Of a DNA stretch of 37,881 nt, positions 18,149-26,235 are shown one piece after another. The notes beneath the pieces were generated by a model. It saw only the letters and a program-made list of their open reading frames with translations, had not been told where the DNA came from and ran no database searches. Each line of letters begins with the position of its first letter. Position 1 is the first letter of the stretch. The position numbers and the translations under genes are program-made. The stretch is from a virus (lineage: Duplodnaviria > Heunggongvirae > Uroviricota > Caudoviricetes): the IMG/VR virus record IMGVR_UViG_2713896896_000009, positions 1 through 37,881 of that record. One strand, written 5' to 3'.

Positions 18149-18776
18149 GGCATTCACCCGCGCGGATGAAACCTTCGAGGCTATCCGCGACAGCCTGAAT
18201 CAGCAGGCCATCAATAACATCGCCAGAAAACTGGCACAGGATTTACGCCGCGCCCAGCAGGCACGTATCCGGTCACAGAAAGCGCCGGGCGGGACCGCAT
18301 GGACACCACGCAGACGCCGCGTAACCCGGATACAGGAGCGCATTCGCTTTATCTGGAATAACGAAACACGCACGCTGAAAAACTGGCATCACGACACAGG
18401 GAAATACGGGCGAACCATTACCGGGTGGGATGAGGATAAAAACAATATCCGCACGTTTTACCGGGATGACATCGACCGTTTTCTGGAAATACGCACCCGG
18501 CGTATCAACCAGGACAGCACAAAGCACGTCCCCATGTTCGTAAAACTGCGCACCGCCCGTTACCTGAAAGCCCGCGCGGATGCCTCCGGTGTGACAGTGG
18601 GTTACAGCGGCGTGGCCGCACGTATTGCACGCGTTCATCAGTTCGGTGAACGCGATCAGGTTGCGCCGGGTATTTTCACCGATTACCCGGTACGTGAGCT
18701 GCTGGGTATCAGTCAGGCGGATGAGCGCCTGATTTATAACACGGTGCTGGGCCGGATTGCGGAGGCAGTACAGTGA
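18141..18776 (+). CDS. S: Tail completion / virion morphogenesis protein, P2 gpS-like
   Basis: Position between R and V; 211 aa, longer than P2 S as I recall it. Confidence 0.6.
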   Translation: MDKAFTRADETFEAIRDSLNQQAINNIARKLAQDLRRAQQARIRSQKAPGGTAWTPRRRRVTRIQERIRFIWNNETRTLKNWHHDTGKYGRTITGWDEDKNNIRTFYRDDIDRFLEIRTRRINQDSTKHVPMFVKLRTARYLKARADASGVTVGYSGVAARIARVHQFGERDQVAPGIFTDYPVRELLGISQADERLIYNTVLGRIAEAVQ

Positions 18777-19354
18777 ACGCAGAACTTATGAGACTGCTGA
18801 GCAATATCATCCGCACCGGGATCATCTCTGAAGTTGATGAGAAATCCTGGTGCGTGCGGGTCCTCAGCGGCGGACTGGAAACAGGCTGGTTGCGCTGGAA
18901 CACCACGCGCGCGGGAGCCTTCAATGTGTGGCTGCCGCCATCACCCGGCGAACAGGTGGTAATTGCCTGCATTGGCGGCAACCCGGAAACCGCCATGATA
19001 ATTGGCAGCCTGTGGAGTGATGCCAATCCGGCCCCCGGCAAAAGCCTGAAAGAAATCGTGGTCAGCGCGCCGGATGGCGCGGTGTTCCGCTACGACGCAG
19101 ACGCTGGCGCGCTGAGCGCCAGCGGCATGAAAACGGCCACTTTGCAGGCATCCGTCAGCGTGAAACTGGACACCCCCGTCGTGGAATGCACAGACCTTCT
19201 GAGAACGGCGACGCTTGACGTCACAAAAGGGGGAAAGATGAGCGGCAATATCACGCACAGCGGCGGCGACTTCACCTCCAACGGCGTGACCGTACACACG
19301 CACAAACATGGCGGTGTGGAAAGCGGTGGCAGCACAACAGGAGGCCCGCAGTGA
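18773..19354 (+). CDS. V: Baseplate spike/assembly protein, P2 gpV family
   Basis: LHTHKH-type C-terminus (VTVHTHKHGGVESGGSTTGGP) and IRTGII N-terminus parallel P2 V. Confidence 0.9.
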   Translation: MNAELMRLLSNIIRTGIISEVDEKSWCVRVLSGGLETGWLRWNTTRAGAFNVWLPPSPGEQVVIACIGGNPETAMIIGSLWSDANPAPGKSLKEIVVSAPDGAVFRYDADAGALSASGMKTATLQASVSVKLDTPVVECTDLLRTATLDVTKGGKMSGNITHSGGDFTSNGVTVHTHKHGGVESGGSTTGGPQ

Positions 19355-19701
19355 CAGCCCATTACACAGGAATGAACCCGGACGGAACGGGACACCTGAG
19401 CGATATGGCACACCTGAAGCAGTCCGTCAGGGACATTCTGACCACCCCGCTGGCCAGCCGGGTTATGCGACGGGAATATGGCAGTCTTGTCCCTGATTTG
19501 ATTGACGAACCCATGAATAACACTACGCGTCTGCAATGCATGAGCGCTGCTGTGATTGCACTGACACGATGGGAGCCACGCATTGCCCTGAATGCCATTG
19601 ATGTTGTCTGGAAGGCGGGGGGGCGCGCCGGGGTGACACTATCGGGTACTGTCATGCAGACCATGCAGAATGTTGAATTAACCATCACGCTGAGGGAGTA
19701 A
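19351..19701 (+). CDS. W: Baseplate wedge protein, P2 gpW (gp25-like)
   Basis: 116 aa at the W position with a GPW/gp25-like sequence. Confidence 0.88.
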   Translation: MTAHYTGMNPDGTGHLSDMAHLKQSVRDILTTPLASRVMRREYGSLVPDLIDEPMNNTTRLQCMSAAVIALTRWEPRIALNAIDVVWKAGGRAGVTLSGTVMQTMQNVELTITLRE

Positions 19702-19704
19702 ATC

Positions 19705-20601
19705 ATGCCTGCCGTTGACCTTTCACAGTTACCGGAACCCGCCATCATCGCGGAGCCTGATTTTGAGGCAATTCTGGCTGACACAAAGGCCATGATGATT
19801 GCGGCTTATCCGGCCGAACAGCGCGCCGCCGTCTCCGCAGCGCTGGAGCTGGAATCGGAACCCCTGAACGTTATCGCTCAAACCATGTCGTTTCGTGAAA
19901 TGCTGTTACGCCAGCGGGTCAACGAGGGCGCACGCGCCTGCATGTTAAGCCACAGCGCCGGGACAGACCTGGACAACCTCGCAGGTAATATGAACACAAA
20001 GCGCCTGGTTATCACTCCGGCAACGGATACCACCGACGCGGTGATGGAAAGCGACACCTCGCTGAGACTGCGGGCGCAGCGGGCGTACGACGGGCTGAGC
20101 GTTGCTGGCCCGTCAGGTGCATACGAGTATTTTGCCCGCAGTGCCAGCGGTCTGGTGCGTGATGCACGGGCTATCAGTCCCTCTCCGGCAAATGTGACGG
20201 TTTCCATCCTGTCCACTGAAGGCGACGGCACAGCAACGGAGGCATTGCTCAATACCGTTCGCACTGCTCTGAACGCGGAGGACACTCGCCCGGTGGCCGA
20301 CCGCCTGACCGTACAGAGCGCCAGAATCGTGACATGGCGGCTGAATGCAAAACTGTACTTTTACCCCGGCCCGGAATCCGAACCTATTCTGGCCGCTGCG
20401 GAATCGTCGTTCAGGAAGTGGCTGTCTGAGCAGGGACTTATCGGTCAGGACGTGGCGCTGTCAGCCATTGCTGCCGCACTTCATGTGCACGGCGTGCAAC
20501 GCGTGGAGATAATCGAACCCACCCAGAATATAGCCATCAGCGACATACAGGCGGCGCGTTGTGAGTCATTCACCATCAGCGAAGGTGGGCGCAATGAGTA
20601 A
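19705..20601 (+). CDS. J: Baseplate assembly protein, P2 gpJ family
   Basis: 298 aa at the J position. Confidence 0.88.
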   Translation: MPAVDLSQLPEPAIIAEPDFEAILADTKAMMIAAYPAEQRAAVSAALELESEPLNVIAQTMSFREMLLRQRVNEGARACMLSHSAGTDLDNLAGNMNTKRLVITPATDTTDAVMESDTSLRLRAQRAYDGLSVAGPSGAYEYFARSASGLVRDARAISPSPANVTVSILSTEGDGTATEALLNTVRTALNAEDTRPVADRLTVQSARIVTWRLNAKLYFYPGPESEPILAAAESSFRKWLSEQGLIGQDVALSAIAAALHVHGVQRVEIIEPTQNIAISDIQAARCESFTISEGGRNE

Positions 20602-21124
20602 TTCACTGTTACCACCATCAGCCAGCAATTTCATGCGTTGTGCCGAAGCCGTCGGAACGCGCATTACAGACATTCCGGTAGACCTCAACACGCTGTGGTC
20701 GCCGGACACATGCCCGGTGCATCTGCTGCCTTATCTCGCCTGGGCGTTTTCCGTTGACCGCTGGGACCGCAACTGGCCGGAGGAAACAAAACGCCAGGTG
20801 ATTCGCGATGCGTGGCTGATACACCGACACAAGGGGACCATCAGCGCACTGCGCCGGGCCATTGAGCCGCTGGGATACCTCATTCGCGTGTCTGAGTGGT
20901 GGGAGTTCGGCGGAGAACCGGGAACATTTACCGTTGAAGTCGGCACACTGGACAGTGGCGTGACGGAGGAAATGTATCTGGAAATGGAGCGGTTGATTGC
21001 TGATGCCCGCCCGGTCAGCCGCCACATGACAGGGCTGAATATCATTCAGGAAATCCCGGGGGATATTTTCGCAGCGGCGGCAACTTATGACGGTGAAGTT
21101 ATTACCATTTATCCAGGCGATTAA
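20594..21124 (+). CDS. I: Baseplate/tail protein, P2 gpI family
   Basis: ATG at 20594 overlapping the J stop; 176 aa. Confidence 0.82.
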   Translation: MSNSLLPPSASNFMRCAEAVGTRITDIPVDLNTLWSPDTCPVHLLPYLAWAFSVDRWDRNWPEETKRQVIRDAWLIHRHKGTISALRRAIEPLGYLIRVSEWWEFGGEPGTFTVEVGTLDSGVTEEMYLEMERLIADARPVSRHMTGLNIIQEIPGDIFAAAATYDGEVITIYPGD

Positions 21125-21126
21125 GC

Positions 21127-22851
21127 ATGAGCACCACAACACGAAAATTTAAAACCGTTATCACCGATACGGGTGCAAAAAAATTAGCACAGGCAGCCGC
21201 ACCAGATGGCAAACCCGTCCGCCTGACACATATGGCCGTGGGTGACGGCGGCGGTACTTTACCCACGCCAGACAGTAAGCAGACCCGTCTCGTGCATGAG
21301 GTGTGGCGACATACCGTTAATCGCGTCTTCCTGGACGCAACACATCAGAACCGCATTATTGCGGAGCTGGTTATTCCTCCAGAAACGGGCGGATTCTGGA
21401 TCCGGGAAATTGGTGTGTTTGATGAGCACGGCGATTTAATCGCGGTGGGCAATACTGCCGAAAGTTACAAGCCAACCGTTGCCGAAGGGTCCGGGCGTGC
21501 GCAAACATTTCGCACCATCCTGACCGTATCCAGCACGGCCACCGTGGCGCTTACCGTGGATAACACCATGGTGATGGCCACAGTGGATTACGTGGATGAC
21601 AAACTAAAAGAGCATGAACAGTCACGACGTCACCCGGATGCCTCGCTGACCGCAAAAGGCTTTACTCAGTTAAGCAGTGCGACCAACAGCACGTCTGAAA
21701 CGCTGGCTGCGACGCCAAAAGCTGTTAAGGCGGTAATGGATGAAACGAACAAGAAAGCGCCGCTGTCGAGTCCGGCACTCACCGGAACGCCAACCGCACC
21801 AACTGCGCCAAAGGGTACTAACAATACTCAGATAGCAAACACGGCGTTCGTTATGGCCGCGATTGCCGCACTTGTAGACTCATCACCTGACGCACTGAAT
21901 ACGCTGAACGAGCTGGCTGCGGCATTGGGCAATGACCCGAACTTTGCGACCACTATGACCAACGCGCTTGCGGGCAAGCAGCCGAAAGACGCCACCCTGA
22001 CGGCGCTGGCCGGGCTTGCTACTGCGGCAGACAGGTTTCCGTATTTTACAGGGAATGATACCGCCAGCCTGGCAACTCTGACAAAAGTCGGGCGGGATAT
22101 TCTGGCTAAAGCGACCGTTGCCTCCGTTATCGAATACCTCGGTTTACAAGAACTCGGCACGAGCGGAGAAAAAATACCGTTACTCAGTACAGAGAATACC
22201 TGGACTAATCGACAAACATTCAACGGCGGCCTTTCCGGGGAACTGTCCGGCAATGCCGCTACTGCGACAAAACTGAAAACAGTAAGAAATATTAATGGAG
22301 TTAAATTTGATGGTTCCAGCGATATAAATATTAATACGTTAGTATCTCGCAACCGTGTTACAGCATTAGGTGGAAGCGCAAAGGGTACGCCAGGTATCCA
22401 AATGTATGAAGCGTACAACAATGGATATCCTTTTACTTATGGCAATGTTCTTCATCTTACTGGCGTAGCGGCAGTTGGCGAAGGAGAGTTATTTATTGGG
22501 TGGAGTGGAACCAGCGGCGCTCATGCTCCGGCGTATATTCGCTCCCGACGAGATACCGCAGATGCTAACTGGTCTGGATGGGCGCAACTATATACAACCG
22601 CTCATAAACCATCAGCGGGAGATATTGGTGCATATACCAAAGCAGAATGCAATTCACGATTTATTACAGGTATTCGATTAGGTACAAAATCATCAGCGCA
22701 AACATGGAATGGTCCTGGCTGGGGCGATAAATCTGGTTACGTTGTTACAGGTTCCGTTAACTCAAACAAAGATGAACTTATTGATACAACACAGGCAAGG
22801 CCAGTGCAATATTGTATCAATGGCACCTGGTATAATGCAGGAAGTATTTAA
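21127..22851 (+). CDS. H: Tail fibre protein, P2 gpH family (constant N-terminus plus invertible C-terminal module)
   Basis: The N-terminal ~330 aa matches P2 H closely (FKTVITDTGAKKLA, HEQSRRHPDASLTAKGFTQLSSATNSTSETLAATPKAV); ends with a CINGTWYN motif. Confidence 0.93.
   Translation: MSTTTRKFKTVITDTGAKKLAQAAAPDGKPVRLTHMAVGDGGGTLPTPDSKQTRLVHEVWRHTVNRVFLDATHQNRIIAELVIPPETGGFWIREIGVFDEHGDLIAVGNTAESYKPTVAEGSGRAQTFRTILTVSSTATVALTVDNTMVMATVDYVDDKLKEHEQSRRHPDASLTAKGFTQLSSATNSTSETLAATPKAVKAVMDETNKKAPLSSPALTGTPTAPTAPKGTNNTQIANTAFVMAAIAALVDSSPDALNTLNELAAALGNDPNFATTMTNALAGKQPKDATLTALAGLATAADRFPYFTGNDTASLATLTKVGRDILAKATVASVIEYLGLQELGTSGEKIPLLSTENTWTNRQTFNGGLSGELSGNAATATKLKTVRNINGVKFDGSSDININTLVSRNRVTALGGSAKGTPGIQMYEAYNNGYPFTYGNVLHLTGVAAVGEGELFIGWSGTSGAHAPAYIRSRRDTADANWSGWAQLYTTAHKPSAGDIGAYTKAECNSRFITGIRLGTKSSAQTWNGPGWGDKSGYVVTGSVNSNKDELIDTTQARPVQYCINGTWYNAGSI
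22127..22154. repeat. gix-like crossover site (left) inside H
   Basis: ttatcgaatacctcggtttacaagaact is an imperfect inverted repeat of 25031-25058 and resembles Mu gix as I recall it; lies at the shared LGLQE junction. Confidence 0.7.
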
Positions 22852-22853
22852 TT

Positions 22854-23387
22854 ATGATGCATTTAAAAAATATTAAAGCAGGAAACCCCAAAACCGTAGA
22901 ACAATATGAATTAACACGACAATTTGGCGTTGTCTGGTTGTATTCTGATGACGATAGAAACTGGTATGAGGAACAGAAAAACTTTCAGGAAGATACAATA
23001 AAATTTGCTTACACAGCCGATGGAATCATTGTGGCTGTAGATAAGGATGTATCGACAATTAACCCTGAAGGTTTAAGCGTTATTGAGGTTCCCAATATTA
23101 CAGCCAATCGACGGGTCGATATTTCTGGTAACTGGATGTTCAAAGATGGCGCAGTGATAAAGCGGGAATATACCGAAGAAGAACAGAGACAACAGGCGGA
23201 AAATGAGAAGCAAAACCTGTTACAACTCGTCAGGGATAAAACCCAGCTATGGGATTCTCAGCTACGACTTGGAATTATTTCTGCTGAGAATAAACAAAAA
23301 TTGACCGAGTGGCTGCTCTACGCGCAGAAAGTGGAGTCTACGGATACCTCCGTCCTGCCAGTAACGTTTCCTGAACAACCAGAATGA
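22854..23387 (+). CDS. G: Tail fibre assembly chaperone, P2 gpG family
   Basis: 177 aa directly after H. Confidence 0.85.
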   Translation: MMHLKNIKAGNPKTVEQYELTRQFGVVWLYSDDDRNWYEEQKNFQEDTIKFAYTADGIIVAVDKDVSTINPEGLSVIEVPNITANRRVDISGNWMFKDGAVIKREYTEEEQRQQAENEKQNLLQLVRDKTQLWDSQLRLGIISAENKQKLTEWLLYAQKVESTDTSVLPVTFPEQPE

Positions 23388-23390
23388 GAG

Positions 23391-23408
23391 AAGGCCCGTT
23401 CGGGCCTT
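23391..23408. terminator. Hairpin between the convergent chaperone genes
   Basis: aaggcccg-ttc-gggcctt followed by a T-rich run on the plus strand. Confidence 0.5.
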
Positions 23409-23411
23409 TTC

Positions 23412-23948
23412 TTATTCTGGCTTTTGTGGCCATTCAGGATTTGCCGTATCCACGTGGCTAACCAGAACGCTGTAGCGTTCCCAGGCATCCAGCTGTGTAC
23501 GTTCCTCATCTGTTGCCAGATTCATCCTGACGGCACGTTCCAGCAGCTGGATGACTGATTCAGCTTCGGAAAGCAAAGCTGCTTTTTGTGATTCAGCCTG
23601 CTGTTGTAATTCATCTTCTGTATAGACTCTTTTAATTACAGCACCATCCTTAATCATCCAGTTGCCGGAAATATCAGCGCGTCGGTTTGCCGTAATATTG
23701 GGTAACTCGATCACACTCATTCCCTCTGGATTAATCAGGGATGCGTCTTTCTCTATGCAGCAAATAATACCATCCTGGTTATATGCCACTTTTAACGTGT
23801 CTGGCTGGAAATTTTTTTGTTCCTCATACCAGTTCTTACCTTCTTCCGACCATAACCAGACAACATCAAATTCTTTTGTAAGTTGATACTGTTCGATAGT
23901 TTTTGGATTTCCTGCTTTAATATTTTTTAAATGCATCATATTAAGCAC
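23412..23948 (-). CDS. Alternative tail fibre assembly chaperone (inverted copy)
   Basis: 178 aa, recognisably related to the plus-strand gpG copy ([14 protein letters not shown]...[22 protein letters not shown]). Confidence 0.82.
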   Translation of the reverse strand: MLNMMHLKNIKAGNPKTIEQYQLTKEFDVVWLWSEEGKNWYEEQKNFQPDTLKVAYNQDGIICCIEKDASLINPEGMSVIELPNITANRRADISGNWMIKDGAVIKRVYTEDELQQQAESQKAALLSEAESVIQLLERAVRMNLATDEERTQLDAWERYSVLVSHVDTANPEWPQKPE

Positions 23949-25058
23949 GTCCTACATTGTACCACTGACCATTAATATATTTCTGAACAGGTGCATAAAC
24001 AGGCCATTCCCAGTCGTCATCAAAATTCCCGCCAGTGAGAACATATCCCGCCGGAAGTGTTCCACCTTCGCCACCCCATTTTATCCCGCTCTGGTTAGCT
24101 CCCATGCGAATGTCACGCACATAGCGGGAATCAAAATTTCCGTAATCTGATGGGTTAACACGTCCGGTAACATTTAACCCATGCCCAATTGAAACAGCAC
24201 CATTGGCGTTGTTAATAGTAAGTGGTCTTAAATTATTCCATGAGCCAAATCTGTCACCGGATGCAGTCAGCATAAAATAAGTATCTTTGCCGTCATTTCT
24301 GATAAAGAAACCATAATTGCCATAAGCAACGCGAAGACCATTGGCATAGAGCGATGTAATTTCACCTCTTGAACGGAGACCATAAGCGGAGCTGAGTGAT
24401 AATTCTTCCTGAGCGTCATAGTTTCCTGTCGCCCAGCGAATTACCCCGCCCTGTACTGTTTCGTGCCAGATAGTATCTCCTTCTCCACCACGAAACTTTC
24501 TGAGATATTTTTTGCCGCCTCTGGTGCCTGAACATAAGGCCGTAGACATATAGGCATTCTGGCTTCCACTATCCTGATTAATAGTTCCAGACATAGAATC
24601 GCCGTAACGGTTCCAGTCACGCCGCCAGCCAGGAGCATAGTTGTCCCCGTGGTTAATATAAGTAAATTGCGCGCTTGTAGCGCCCCCACCGCTTGATGTT
24701 GTTGGTGTGGTAATACGAATAGTCATTGCAGACTTTATTCCCATTACCTCAATAACAGCGCCAGCAAGATGAATATTGCCACAGCCCGTATCGGTAATAA
24801 GTTTATTATTGGCATATGACCAGGAGCCTTTGCACATCCAGTATGGGTGATTAAAAGCGCCTACCGAATCAAGCCACTCAATAAACTGAGCTGTAGTCCA
24901 GTTTCCACCTTCTGTGCTGTAAGAGCCGCTAAAAGCACGCGCTGCACTAATATTTTTTGCAAAAGTGTCTTTACCTGGAATATCTGCGCCGTTCTGGTTT
25001 TTCTGCAATGCGCCAGCGGCCTGATTTACCGTTTCCTGCAAACCGAGGTTTTTGATAA
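23941..25058 (-). CDS. Alternative tail fibre C-terminal module, currently in the silent orientation
   Basis: The minus-strand ORF begins at the gix site with the LGLQE junction and ends in an [11 protein letters not shown] motif; it has no N-terminal domain of its own. Confidence 0.75.
25031..25058. repeat. gix-like crossover site (right)
   Basis: gtttcctgcaaaccgaggtttttgataa; its reverse complement matches the left site at most positions. Confidence 0.7.
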
Positions 25059-25088
25059 TGGTCGTTTCTGGCCCACATGGCATGATTT

Positions 25089-25712
25089 GTGCTTTTGAGC
25101 GGGAGATTCAACGTGCTGATTGGCTATGTACGCGTGTCAACAAATGACCAGAACACGGATTTGCAACGCAATGCGCTCAATAGCGCAGGATGTGAACTGA
25201 TTTTTGAAGATAAAATCAGCGGAACAAAATCAGCCAGACCGGGATTGAAAAAACTGCTCAGAACGCTGTCAGAAGGCGATACGCTGGTTGTCTGGAAACT
25301 GGACAGGCTGGGCAGAAGCATGAAACACCTGATCACACTGATTGAGGAATTACGGGAAAAAGGTGTCAATTTTCGTAGTCTGACGGATTCAATTGATACC
25401 AGTACACCAATGGGGCGCTTTTTCTTCCACGTGATGGGCGCCCTGGCTGAAATGGAACGTGAATTAATTGTTGAGCGAACACTGGCCGGACTGGCAGCAG
25501 CACGCGCACAGGGGCGCATTGGTGGGCGTCGCCCGAAACTGACAAAAGAGCAACATGAGCAAATAGCAAGGTTGATTAAAAACGGCCATGACAGAAAACA
25601 ACTGGCCATAATTTACGGTATTGGTATATCGACGATTTATCGTTACCACCCCGCGGGAGAATCAACCGGAACAACAGATAAGACCAGAGGAAACAAAAAA
25701 CCGCTAATCTGA
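25089..25712 (+). CDS. Serine DNA invertase, Gin/Pin/Hin/Cin family
   Basis: LIGYVRVSTNDQNTDLQRNAL and the downstream resolvase fold with a C-terminal HTH; adjacent to the invertible segment. The start may instead be the in-frame GTG at 25113. Confidence 0.92.
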   Translation: MLLSGRFNVLIGYVRVSTNDQNTDLQRNALNSAGCELIFEDKISGTKSARPGLKKLLRTLSEGDTLVVWKLDRLGRSMKHLITLIEELREKGVNFRSLTDSIDTSTPMGRFFFHVMGALAEMERELIVERTLAGLAAARAQGRIGGRRPKLTKEQHEQIARLIKNGHDRKQLAIIYGIGISTIYRYHPAGESTGTTDKTRGNKKPLI

Positions 25713-25724
25713 TCATTAGCGGTT
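25699..25724. terminator. Bidirectional intrinsic terminator between the invertase and the convergent tail operon
   Basis: Stem aaccgctaat / attagcggtt with a 6-nt loop, flanked by an A-run on the left (T-run for the minus strand). Confidence 0.6.
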
Positions 25725-25734
25725 TTGCATTAAA

Positions 25735-26229
25735 TCAGAACAACCCTTTAACTGAACTGGTCGCGCTGTTAAGGGATGCTGTCACCTTATCTTTAAGGCC
25801 GGACAGCATATCACTGAACGCTGAGGATTGCAGGCGTTCCCGCAAATCCTCATCACAGCGTTCAAGGGTCAGGGAAAACTCTATCTTTTTCGCTTTCCCG
25901 TAGCGATCCAGTTCAGAGCGGGTCGTGCTCGTTTCGGTCAGAACATACATGCCGTAAATCTGCCCGACGCCATCAATCAGAGGCCACGGGCGCCCCATAT
26001 ACGCCTGCGTGGTCAGCAGCGACAGCGACACTTCGCCGCCTGTAATCTCAGGATAAAGCACGCCGGAAAGAACGATGCGATCATCACCTGCACCGATATA
26101 CTGCCAGCTTGCTGAACGGTTAACGCGCTCGTTTTTCACATGTCGCCAGCTTTTGTTTTGCTGTAACTGCTGATGCGGCAACGTGCGCAGCTCAAAAACA
26201 AACATGCCGTAGATCATCATCATGGCCAT
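25735..26229 (-). CDS. U: Tail protein, P2 gpU family
   Basis: 164 aa; parallels P2 U (WRHV.N.RVNR, LSGVLYPEITGG, WPLIDG.G.IYGMYV). Confidence 0.85.
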   Translation of the reverse strand: MAMMMIYGMFVFELRTLPHQQLQQNKSWRHVKNERVNRSASWQYIGAGDDRIVLSGVLYPEITGGEVSLSLLTTQAYMGRPWPLIDGVGQIYGMYVLTETSTTRSELDRYGKAKKIEFSLTLERCDEDLRERLQSSAFSDMLSGLKDKVTASLNSATSSVKGLF

Positions 26230-26235
26230 GACTCC

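Larger units (their letters stand above)
22141..25044. mobile_element. Invertible tail-fibre segment (Mu G-segment-like)
   Basis: Bounded by the inverted gix-like sites; carries two alternative fibre C-terminal modules with their tail-fibre assembly chaperones in opposite orientations; invertase gene immediately adjacent. Confidence 0.75.
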
